Assembly: GCA_032718475.1 (NCBI GenBank)
Contig: JAUCBJ010001307.1
Location: 1-64,000 of the forward strand
Direction of reading: 5' to 3'
From: Nemertoderma westbladi
Lineage: Eukaryota; Animalia; Xenacoelomorpha
Length of the DNA stretch: 64,000 bases
Shown here: in pieces, positions 1 to 11,426 of the stretch
How the letters are laid out: each line of letters begins with the position of its first letter
How positions within the stretch are numbered: the first letter of the stretch is position 1
Position numbers and translations under genes: made by a program
Notes under the pieces: generated by a model
The model's input: the letters and a program-made list of their open reading frames with translations, nothing else
Told to the model about the DNA's origin: nothing
Databases searched by the model: none

Positions 1-2118
1 GAAAGCTCTCGTCCTGAGCACGTAAACTATCGCAATCTCGAGGCTAATTTTACGCGTTTGCTTGCGTGAATGCGTATTTTGTGTTCGTTCGGGCGAAATG
101 TATCTAATTATTTCGGTTCTTCTATCGGTAATTAATTATTTAGAGGGGTAACATTTATCCCATCTGGTATAAAATTAACATGAGTAGATTCGCCGTGTCC
201 CATTCTCACAAAGTATTTATTTTATTCGAGTGTTTAATATAAATATGTATGATTATTTATTGATTAAAAATCAAATAGTGTATAAATATGTCATATTCGC
301 CAAGCACGATCGAATGGGCCTATTCTTAGTGCTGTAGTGAATAGGGAAGGATTTTTTTCTGTATCATAGCAACGTTAAGGTACTTATTGAAATCGCAGCT
401 AGCTGGCTGGGCACAGATAAGGAGCAAGCAGGCTGGAGTGTTGATTGGGGTGGGTTTGGGTTGTCTGTTGCGAATTGCTCAAGAGTAATTCTGCTTTCTC
501 AATCATTGGCTGCATGGAAGGAGAGGTTTATAACATTTTTGTTTTACTGTTATGAATATTAAAAGTAAAATAATTATTTCTGTAGGCCTATACTTACTGT
601 ATTATTATTTTATCTAATATTATACATCTAATCTCGATGAAATCTCGCTTACTATAGCTCGTTAGATAGGTCTCGCCCTAACTCGTTGCAACGTAATACT
701 CAGAGCCGTCTGAAGTTCCCCCATCTGCCGCTAGAGGGCGAATTGTCCGATAGTGAAAACCTGATCTCATTGGGTTGTTTTTAATGCTTTTGAGCTGAAA
801 CTTGGTAGCTATATACTGCAGCATAGGCTGTATATTTCCGGAGTCACTGAGTTGTCCACAGTTCCCCAGTCTACCGTTAGAGGGCTAAATGTCTGAGAGT
901 TAACATCTTCTCCAACTTTGTTATTTATAATCCATTTAGACTGAACTTGGTAGGCATCTACTACAGCATAGGCTATATCTTTACTGAGTCGCGCAGAGTT
1001 GTCTACATTACCCGCGTCTGCCGCTAGAGGGCGAAATGTATGAAAGTTAACATCTCCTCCAACTTTGTTATTTACAATCCTTTTAGACTGAAACTTGGTA
1101 GGCATCTACTATAGCATAGGCTATATCTTTGCGGAGTAGTAGAGTCGTCTACAGTTCCACAGTCAGCCGCTAGAGGGCGAATTGTCTGAAAGTTAACATC
1201 TTCTCCAACTTTGTTATTTACTAACGGTTTAGACTGAAACTTGGTAGGCATCTACTACAGCATAGGCTGTACCTTTACGGAGTTACAGAGTTGTATACAG
1301 TCCCCCCATCTGCCGCTAGAGGGCGACATATCTGATAGTGAACACCTCATCCCATTTGGTTCTTTTTAATCATTTTGAGCTGAAACTTGGTTGGTATCTA
1401 CTACATCATAGGCTGTATCTTTACGGGGTTGCAGAATCCTATTCACTTCCCCAGTCTACCGCTAGAGGGTGAAATGTCTGAAAGTTAACATCTTCTCCAA
1501 CTTTGTTATTTACTAACGGTTTAGACTGAAACTTGGTAGGCATCTACTACAGCATAGGCTGTACCTTTACGGAGTCACAGAGTTGTATACAGTCCCCCCA
1601 TCTGCCGCTAGAGGGCGACATATCTGATAGTGAACACCTCATCCCATTTGGTTCTTTTTAATCCTATTGAGCTGGAACTTGGCAGGAATCTACTACAGCA
1701 TATTCTGTATCTTTACGGAGTCCCAGAGTCGTCCACAGTTCTTCAGTCTACCGCTAGAGGGTGAAATGTCTGAATGTGAACATCTACATCAATTTTGTTA
1801 TTTACAATCTGTTTAAGCTGAAACTTGAAAGGCAGGCATTTTACTTCACCATAAACCCCATCTTTACCAAACTGCAGCGCCGTCTGCATTTCACCAGTCC
1901 GCAGGTAGAGGGTGGATCTGAAAGTGATCATTTTCTGGAAATTTTGTTATTTACAATCTGCCTAAAGTTGAAACTTGACAGTTATCTCTTATGGGGGTGG
2001 TGTTTTATTTAATGATGGTGTCTGTTCCGTATGCAGTTCTCAAATCTCCCACACATATTCATATATCATCTGCACGTGCACTAGAAAGCTGTGGCCCGAA
2101 GGGCCACAGGCTTTCTAG
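1..2118 (+). mobile_element. Non-autonomous Helitron (5' end outside window)
   Basis: 3' hairpin tgtggccc-gaa-gggccaca (2090-2108) followed by terminal CTAG (2115-2118); 1-82 is homologous to 2214-2295 of the next element. Confidence 0.75.
700..1980 (+). repeat. 146-bp tandem minisatellite (~9 units) inside Helitron
   Basis: ccgctagaggg-type core at 728, 874, 1021, 1167, 1313, 1459, 1605, 1751 (spacing 146-147), with a degenerate unit near 1900. Confidence 0.95.
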
Positions 2119-3330
2119 TCTATCTATATAAATATCCTCTGTATGTCTGTGAGTCTGTCCAAGCTATAAGCTCCGACACACATGCACCAATCTGAGCAAA
2201 TTATACATTGATCGAAAGCTCTCGTCCCGATCACGTAAACTATCGCTATCTCGAGGCTAATTTTACGCTTATGCTTGCGTGAATGCGTATTTTGTATTTG
2301 CTGCAACATTTTGTGTGACAAAATCTCAAAGTGATTCGAATATTCCTTTTGGAAGTACAGGCCTGGCAAAGCTGAGAGTTAGTTAGCAAGGCAGCTAGCT
2401 ACTTGCAGACCAATCATATCTTGAGGTGGCCTGCAGGCAGGCTGGGTTGGTTAAGTAGTAATCTCAATAAATAAATAGGACCCAGCAGGAGAGCGGAGTG
2501 GAACTACTGTGATTGGTTCTTTACTTACATTGATAAGAACAAGCAGTAAATCTTAGATTAGCTTTTTTCAGTTCACATGTTTGTAATCATAAACACAAAA
2601 TGATTGAATTATTCCTTTTTGCAATGTACCGGATGGGTGCTAGCGAGGTAGGCCTAGCAGGTCGTCAGTCCGTCATCCAACAAGTTGGAGCCGTGCGTGC
2701 ATCTATATGATGCAGACCATCCTGAGCCCGTGAACATGAATTGTAAAGGCTATCTCGAGGCTGATTTTTTACACATTTACTTGATACTTGCATGAATTGT
2801 CAGCAAGCAGGAAATTATAACAGCAGTTATTGCATCATCGTAACCACTCTGTTCTAACTGACACTTTGCAGAAGAAATTCTACCTGACCATAGCTGCGTG
2901 TTGGGAGGACGCCGACCAGTTTGCGGTTCTTCAGTCTGCCACTAGGAGGCGAAATGTCTGAGAGTAAAAATCTTATCCTATTTTGTTATTAATAATGTTT
3001 TTTAGCTGATACTTAGGTCCTTTACACAATATGTTTATAATGTTTTTTTGCTGATACCAAGCAGAGTATACTACACCGTAGGGTGTGTATTTGGGCTTGG
3101 GGAGACGATGACCAATCTACAGTTCCCCAGTCTGCCGCTATTAGGGGTTGAAATGTCTGAATGAGGAAACCTACAATTTTGTTGTTTATGAATGCTTTTT
3201 TGGTGATACTTGGCACTTGGCAGAGGACTACTACACCATAGTCTTCGTGTTTGGGGAGGACGCTAACAAGTGCAGAATTATGCAGTCTGCCACTAGGGGG
3301 CGAAATGTCTGAAATTAAAACCTTCTTTTT
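2119..3330 (+). mobile_element. Second related non-autonomous Helitron, 3' end not resolved
   Basis: Starts TCTATCTATATAAAT immediately after the preceding CTAG; shares 2214-2295 with 1-82; degenerate copies of the repeat unit at ~2920, 3117, 3272. Confidence 0.65.
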
Positions 3331-3388
3331 TAATACGATAGAGTTGCTGCAGATGAGTTGTTGCACATTGATTGATTGACTGTATAGA

Positions 3389-3460
3389 TTTTGTTGACAA
3401 GCCGGCACAGCATTCTTAAAAATGCAGCTGCAATGCAGCATGCCGATCCTAGTAGTAGTA
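3389..3460 (+). mobile_element. 72-bp 5'-truncated RTE (family A) 3' end
   Basis: Reverse complement of 11531-11602; (TAG)n tail; 11-bp TSD gactgtataga at 3378-3388 and 3461-3471. Confidence 0.9.
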
Positions 3461-3561
3461 GACTGTATAGAAGCTTGTGAATCCGATATAAATATCCACT
3501 AACTGTCTAGAGCATTCACCCATATAAAAAAAAGCACTCAAAAACGCTAAAAAGTTTCTAC

Positions 3562-3834
3562 TGGACAATTCGGTCCCGGACATTTCAGCCCCGGAAAATT
3601 CGGTCCCAGACAATTCGGTCTCGGACTATTTGGTCCCGGAAATTTCAGTCCCGGACATTTCGTTCCCTGACAATTCGGTCCCGGACATTACAGTCCCGGA
3701 TAATTCAGTCCTGGACATTTCAGAGCCGGACACTTCTGTCCTGGAGAATTCGGTCCTACGTCAATTCGGTCCCATTTATTTTGTGTTTTGGGGCCGAATT
3801 GGCCGGGACCGAATTGTACGGGACCGAATTGTCC
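3562..3834. repeat. 15-bp tandem array (ggacaattcggtccc) with inverted terminal copies; MITE/foldback-like
   Basis: ~14 direct units 3562-3773, then inverted gggaccgaattgtcc units 3792-3834. Confidence 0.8.
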
Positions 3835-4221
3835 TTCATCCGAATTCCAAAACCCATGCGGATGCGGAAATTCGCCACATCCCTAGACAGTACCATTATA
3901 TTTTATTATTTAATAAATCCTCACACCACCCCTCAATAATTTATTTACCATTTTTAAAGATGGTGATTCTGAGGTTGAGAATGTTGAAAATAGCTCTGAA
4001 TCTGAATCTGAATCCGACATCGAGAATGACTACCAAGTAAAGCGAAAGAAGACGCCATTGAGAAGAGAAGCATTTCTAAAAATAACACGTCCAAAAATAT
4101 TGTTAGAGAGTGGACAGGTAAGCTGTATTTAATTTAGGCCTATTATCTACTCAATGGCAGACTGGTCCATTGATATTGATACCAATTGATATGTCAATTG
4201 ATATTTTATCAATTTATATTT

Positions 4222-5845
4222 CTGTGGGGCGAGCCACGAAGTGAGTGAGCCTTAGCGTAGGGGTACCATTAATCAACCTGTCGTTCTGTCGTTCTGTCGC
4301 GTTTTTTTTCAGTATTTTATTTTAAACGTTAATAACTCGGCCAATCCTTGATGAAATCTATCCAAACTTGGTACACATGTTGTTTGGCAAAAGTTTGAAA
4401 ATTTTCCAAGTAGAATTTGCGTGGGGCCTTCGTGCAGCATCAGTGTAACTGTTATTGCAGTTATAATAAATTTATTTATCCAAATTTAAAATGCGTTAAA
4501 TTATTATTACTGTAGGATAAATCAGCTGGGTTTCTGGACAAATTTTGCAATACATTGGGGCAGTCTGCATGTACCATGTGTACCGGTACTGTCAGGCTGT
4601 ACTCAATCCCTGAATCGAGAATCCTGCAATCCACAATCAGTCAATACTGCAATACTGGTCAGCCGGTACCATACACTGCAGACATGCCATATCATGTAAT
4701 CTAATTAAAGCAACCGGCAACCCTTGCGGTGATTATAGTTTAGGCCTAATTCAGTAATTAGCCCAGTACCGGCACCGGTAATAATAATATAATAGTTTAG
4801 ATAGTTACCGCTAATCATTCAGTTATTGGCACGGTACACCGTATTGCTGTACTGCCGTTGTAGTGCGCACCGTAGGTACCACCCTACTACCGGTACCGGC
4901 TGACCGGTGGCAACCAGCACTTCAGCACTTGCAGACTTGCACAGCAACAGCACTACCGGCGATACACAGGTTGGAATTTATGTAGAGTTTGCTCAACAGT
5001 ACAGATATAAAATAGTTATCTAAATTATATATATTGCTATTGACAAGTATTGAAATATATACCGTTATTCGTGTTATCAGTATTTGCAACATCTGACATT
5101 GAAGAGGTGAGAGAAGATGAATACCGGCACTCAACAAAACCAACGCTTATCACAGGTCGGTATGGTTACCTCGAAACCGGCGCGACTGTCCACTCGAATA
5201 CAACTTCAAAACACAAACGCCAACAATAAACTGAAAGCGAATCGAACGTCTTCAGAAGAATCTGTCATTGGGACGAAGAAAAGGAAGCCGAAACCACGGG
5301 AATGGACCACAGCTAAGATTGAATGCTCCCATTGTCAGAGTTCCTGGACCGAAATTGAAACACCAATTGCCGATGGGCTTGATCTCTCAAACCAAAACTT
5401 CCTCTGCGGGGTTTGCGCGGCAGTAAAGATTGAAAGTCTGGAAGCTGGCATCCCTAGGTATTATTATTATAAAGAGCGTCAGCCTGCGTTTAATAAATAT
5501 ATTTTAATACAAAACAGGTCGAACGCAAAGAGGATTATAATGAAGACGAGTACTGCATTGATTATATTCCTATAAACCACCTGGCTTTGCATATTGAACG
5601 TGCGTTTGGAAATAAGTTCGTGCTACCCTTCCGTGGGTGGTAGATGTCGCGGTTATGTATTGGTGGGTGGGGGGAGGGGGGGGGGGGGGGTGTGCAGATT
5701 AAAAGGGGTGAACACGTACTGTCCCCCTTTCTTTGATTAATTGGTGGTGTGGGTTAATATCTCATAACCTGATTTTGTGATACAGTCGCACAATTTTAAT
5801 TTGTATCTCATAACTGGGCCTCGTGCTGCGCGAAGGCCCCACGAA
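4222..5845 (+). mobile_element. Putative DINE-1/Helentron-associated non-autonomous element(s)
   Basis: gtggggc start after a T-run, ctgtcgtt microsatellite at ~4278-4300, and inverted repeat gtggggccttcgtgcagca (4421-4439) / tgctgcgcgaaggccccac (5824-5842). Confidence 0.4.
5117..5575 (+). pseudogene. ORF with PHD-finger-like CxxC...CxxC motif, possibly a LINE ORF1 fragment
   Basis: KIECSHCQSSW...FLCGVC preceded by basic KKRKPKP; the C-terminus degenerates into AT-rich sequence. Confidence 0.3.
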
Positions 5846-6820
5846 CGTGTACTTCTGTACTACAATACTAATGTAGAAGTCCCTACCTAACAAACTGCCC
5901 CAATTTATACAAAGATAGTATTAGGTATCCTACCTAATGTTGATATAAATGGGATTTGGAGGCTTATAGTGACACCACGATCAATCACAGATCGTTTTCA
6001 AATTTTGAATAATTTTTATACTGAAAACACCAATATCTCAGCTATTTTAGCATCTTATTGAACTCTGTAAACGCCATTGTGTTTCTGTGATATTATTGCA
6101 TCTAATTAATCTAGTTTTGAATTTGAGTCGTGAACCCCATTAGACTAACCATAATTTAGCTGGTTTCAATATTGTGCTATATAGGTACATCAATTTTTTT
6201 ATTGTCACTTTCAACTTTCAAGTATTATAATAATAATAATACATTAATGGGATATATAGACTGTGTAAGTGGTGAGTAATGTCTATAATAGTATTTTTGT
6301 TTGTATTCCTTGGCACTGTGTCTCATATATTATATCATTATAAATAAAAATATTATATATTTACGAAACTGCAAGCACAGTAAGTGAAATAATGATATTT
6401 CATAAAAATATTAGAACCCTCATGTAATTGAGATATTTTATATTATTATGGTGGTTAATATGATCTCCACCCAAAGGACTACAAATACTTTAATCTAATA
6501 TTGTTATATATTATGAATAAAATGTTGAAATAAACATCTATTTAATTAACAATCCTCAATCGATTGCACACTTCATTTATATTATTTGAACCAGAAACTA
6601 AATGGAAAACTACTTTTATTATAGAATTGTAATTTACTTAATCAGCAATTAATCATTATCTTTTCATTTCACGATGCTATTTTAACTTTAGAGTAGAATA
6701 ATTATTTCAAGCTCAACTAATATTATTTTAATTAGTGACCACCTGATTACTGTATATTATAGATAGGTATATTATTATATTACATATATTAATTATCTTA
6801 GCAGGTTGATCAACTAACTG

Positions 6821-7651
6821 TTACTCTATGTATTTGGAAATGTAAATAATTCTTCCTATTATAGTAACCGATTCACAAACAGATATTGCTAAAATAAAAT
6901 AGGCCAATAACTTCGATATCCAAACAATCCAATTAGTTGCTGTAGTACCACAACCTGGTAGAGCAAGGGTGTTGCTACTATTACTGTTAGACAACCAATA
7001 TTCTGGGTCTGCATTTCTACAAGTAATATTATCTCTATCATTAGTAACAGAATTGCAACATGAACTTGGTAATTTTGACCCAGGTATCCAATCTCGATGA
7101 CCCAGTGGCCCCTCAATTTCGATTTCAGGGTCATTAAAATAATTTTCAGATAATCCGCCTGCATAATCAGTATAATTATAACCTCCACAACAATCAAATG
7201 TATACTGGAAGTAATACATGTAACGCAGCATGGTAAATTCTTTGTGTTTATCAAATTTAATTTCATTGGCCATTTTAAACATTTTATCAGCAATGCCATT
7301 CGATTGTAAATTATATAAATGCCTGTTGTGTATAGATATAGATAGTGTTACAAATTGTGTAACAATTGCTGTAATAATTATGACATTATAAATTATATTC
7401 AATTTATAAAATTTTCGGTATAATAAACTTAGAAATGACACCAATGCTATAATTAATGAGCAAATGATACCAATTAAAATAAGGTAGCGCAAGAAACCAA
7501 GTTCTTGATAAAAAGCTTCTTTCTTATGAAATCCAAAATAGAAACTTCCATACGATATGGATTGGACATATCCAACAAAACAAACTGCCAAAAGAGCAAG
7601 AAATGTTGATGGCAGAGATGTAATGGAATTATAAAATTCAGATATATTCAT
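6821..7651 (-). CDS. Tetraspanin family protein (intronless, 276 aa)
   Basis: Three N-terminal TM segments, large extracellular loop with FQYTFDCCG, PSSCC and GC motifs, then a fourth TM. Confidence 0.92.
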   Translation of the reverse strand: MNISEFYNSITSLPSTFLALLAVCFVGYVQSISYGSFYFGFHKKEAFYQELGFLRYLILIGIICSLIIALVSFLSLLYRKFYKLNIIYNVIIITAIVTQFVTLSISIHNRHLYNLQSNGIADKMFKMANEIKFDKHKEFTMLRYMYYFQYTFDCCGGYNYTDYAGGLSENYFNDPEIEIEGPLGHRDWIPGSKLPSSCCNSVTNDRDNITCRNADPEYWLSNSNSSNTLALPGCGTTATNWIVWISKLLAYFILAISVCESVTIIGRIIYISKYIE

Positions 7652-8057
7652 GATAGTATTGTAATTAATCCTCTAATGTGCAGTAATGCCCAAAAATAAT
7701 GCTGTAATACTAAAGCGACTAATGATTCATGATTTAGTTTTACAAAAATTATTTGCAATTACTTTGCTATTTTTAGTTCAAGAAAGCATTTTGTCTCATC
7801 CCTAGAGGTAAAATGCTTCAAATACTAAGACATTATAGAATATACCAGAAGTAATCATCGGAGGCATATGATTGTTATATTGTGACACAGAACCTCCAGG
7901 TAATTTTGTTTTCTTTTTGTTGCTCTGTTCTATTAGAAACTCCTTAACTGGGTATTATTTTTGCTCTTTCGGTGAGCATAGTTTCCATTTTATCTTTCAT
8001 AAATGTGACTCTTCTGCTTTTTGAAAGATTTGTGAATTCATCTCATTCTCAATGTTG

Positions 8058-8954
8058 ATGCAAGTGTGAACTTGGCCATTTTAGATTACTTATTTTACTA
8101 ATTGAAGCTCAAAATACCATTTGTATTGATAAAGTTGGTTGCGTTATAATATCGGTTATTTTTCAGTCGATTTACACATTACGGTTTGACGCCATCTAGT
8201 GCCATTATCCACATATCCAACTTGTAATAATACCCTATGGCTTACTCACTCTGTGCATGTCGTTTCTGCTGTGGAGTTACATCGCACATGCAGAACTTTA
8301 AATACCAGTCAGATCTTTGATGACTGGTGATTATTACATGTCTAAGTCTAATGTCTGAAACCTAAATTCGTTGTTAATAATTGAATTATATTTACTTATT
8401 ATTATATTTGATATTCTACTGGTAAACTCAATTTGTTATTGTTATTTGCTTAATATATCGCTGATATTATGGAATCAAGGAAGTTTTACACGCGCCACAA
8501 CCAGCTAGGTCATTATACTAAGCGATAGTGATTGCACTAGTCTTATGTGTACCGTCGTACCTCTGACTTAATAAATAATTAATATATGGCGATATTTCAG
8601 ACCATTATTGTAAGCAAAGCTCTTATTATTAACTATATCACGATTGAGAGTTGTCACAAATTGAATAATGTAGTGATATCAATATAATTTGACTGAAGAC
8701 TTGTTACAATACGTTTCCTCTAAAGGGAAACACAGTCACCAGACTTGAGTCCTTACATAATTAATTAGTCAATAATTATAATTAATTAGCCATTTGCTCG
8801 TTATACTGTGTTGCCACACCCTCTCGGTACTGTATATCAGTTAAATATAATAGACGATCAAATACCGTATTAGACTAAGCCAAACATAGAGTAAGTCAAT
8901 ACATCGTGGGAGAAAGGGGAAACAAAGAGATACACTTGAGCAGCCTTCGTTGAA
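8058..8954 (-). mobile_element. Penelope-like element 3' end/pseudo-LTR fragment
   Basis: Near-identical direct copy of 28993-29936, which is the 3' UTR and ORF end of the GIY-YIG element. Confidence 0.8.
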
Positions 8955-11426
8955 GGTACACTAGCGCCATCCCGTTCATTGTATCAGACCAGACAATTAG
9001 GGTTCATTTTGCATGTGTTTTATGAAACGACAGGAAGAAGTCACAATATATGAAAATTGAGATTGAAAGAACGTCTTTTTTATCAAATGCGCTAACAGTA
9101 ATAATCAACTTTCAACCCCCCTCGAGTATTTTTGATTTGCTTGTTTGTTTCTTGGTCAGCTTTATTTTCTCTAATTTTCGACTGACCATCATAATTAGTA
9201 GGAATTTCTGCATAAATATTTATCGATTAATATTCTAGACCTGGTCCGTTTATTGTATTTTTTGTTGAGTATTCTGCAAGTATTTGATGGATTTATTTAC
9301 TGGTGTGTAACCAGAGAGTGTAAAAGAGCACTTTATATATCGTTATTTATAATTGGTGTATTTGTTGTTTTTTGCTTTCACGTATTTTTGAGTTTTGAAC
9401 ATTACCTGATAGCCCCCTATGTGTTGTTGGACCTTGTAAGGCGTAGATGTTCGTTTTCTACTGTAAGTCGGGTACAATAGGTAAATTCCCGCTGCAATAA
9501 TTCTAGATTGGTCAGGTCAGATAATAGACGGAATCTCATATTTACCATAAAACATCTTACCTCAAGTCTGCCTACTGTGAATTACCAGTATCGGATTTGC
9601 TTGGCTTCATAGTATATTAAGTAAATGCTTAATTGTTTTGTAGGCCTCATTTTATCCCCTATCTTATTCATATTTCCATTCTTTGAACACATAAAGTTGT
9701 TTATTTCCTTGTGGGAGGAAATACTGCTTTATTCCTGACGAATTACCTTTCATACTTGGTTGTATGGAATTAAAGCGCAGAAGTTCGACTGGCCCATCAA
9801 AAATATTCAAAACATAGTCTTTGGATGAATCGTGGGGCACTTTTGTTTCTTCAATCAAGTATCGAACTGTTATTTATCGACTTACCATACGCACAGACTT
9901 ATTGGTTCGAATTTCTCAGTCGATTGGAATCACTTTATGCGGTCTTAGCCCATCAACAGATCGTTATATTCTATACTCGGCGAAATAACTAAGAGACCAG
10001 GTAGCGTATTTCGACAATCCCGGGGATGCATTCTACTAACCGTATCTATTGTTTTATTTGTACTATTAACGTTTGTCTCCTTACCAGTTTCGAGGTTTCT
10101 AAACGATTGAAACAATCACAAATTCCCTGATAAATTCCCACAGCCTTATTGTTTTACCATTTTTGTTTTTTATGTGTACTACATTAAAGTAAACTCTAAG
10201 TTTACACTCTTCCGTTGTAACGTAGGTATTTGTAGGTATAAGTAACCTTTTGTATTTATTTTATAATTTGTGCGGTTTTAATTCTAAGATTATTATTTCA
10301 TAATAAATATCAAGGAACCTTTAACCGATATACATACATATCATTGAGCTAATTAACATTTAAGCTCACATATTCACCCTCAGATCCAATATTTACAACT
10401 TGGACCTCTGACTGCGTAATATTCCAAAAAAACAATATATTCTTGGGAGGAATTATTTGTCATTTCTGCAAGCAATATTGTGTCACATGACTCGTCCTAC
10501 CTCTGTGTAACCATTGACAATAAGGCCTATTCCCTCGACTCAGTCAGCTACTGCAATTAGGTAGGCTGTATTACTCTATAGGAAAACATTGTACAGCTTA
10601 CATACTATATCCCATCCTATTGATTAGGCACCTTTACATAGGAAGGTTGCTTACTGCATAGATTCTACAGCCTTAGTTAACTGCCCTGCAGATACCACCT
10701 TATTCTGTTGTAGTTGGGCTGTCTTACACAGAACCCAATAGGAGGTAATTCATTACTCTATTGGTAGGTAGTTTTGCTTGTAGTGATTAGAACGGAATAG
10801 TATCCTCCAAGTGGTAAATTTGAATATTTATCGCGGAATATTCTAACAGATAAATTACCGGCTGTGTACTCATTGCTTACTGGTAATTAAATTGTAGACT
10901 GAATTAATTTAAATTAATTCTGTGCTATTTATAGGGTGCATTGTAAAAATTATTTATAACAGCTTATTATTGCTATAATAAACAGTCAATAATAAAGGGG
11001 GCATAATAATTATTTTAAAGGGTTAATATAAAATATATTTCTCCAAAATTAAATCTAACAAAATGTCTTATCTGTCTAATATCAACAAGAGCGCCTCAGA
11101 CAGTTCCCATAGCGATTACACCTCTTATTGTCAGGTCAGGTATTCTAGGTCATTGATCAAGAAAACTTGCCACCTCCATGCAGCATAAAGGATGTGCCAC
11201 CTGTAGCTGCATAGACCCTCTTACTAGGGCAAATCTGGTCCTGTAACTAGGACCCCCTTCATTCTGGGATAAGGACGCCCTTGGTCCTGGATTAAGGACC
11301 CATATACTTGGCTACAGGGGTATATGGCCTGGCCAGGCAGATGGTGATCTACCAATGGCTGGTCAGGAGTAGAGTGTTCTCATGTCCACTCTGAGTGCAC
11401 TTCACTTCGACCTGCACCTGGCAGCA

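Noticed and set aside
700-1980. CRISPR-like regular array; ORFs 809-1105 and 1743-2012
   Set aside because: Whole units are homologous with no unique spacers, there are no cas genes and the context is eukaryotic; the ORFs are repeat translations
8300-8750. Hammerhead ribozyme expected in the Penelope pseudo-LTR (ttgatga...gaaac; ctgaaga...gaaac)
   Set aside because: Could not assemble stems I-III around either core; the candidates are also antisense to the element
9000-10100. Possible decayed LINE ORF1 on the minus strand
   Set aside because: No diagnostic motif and many stops; cannot be supported
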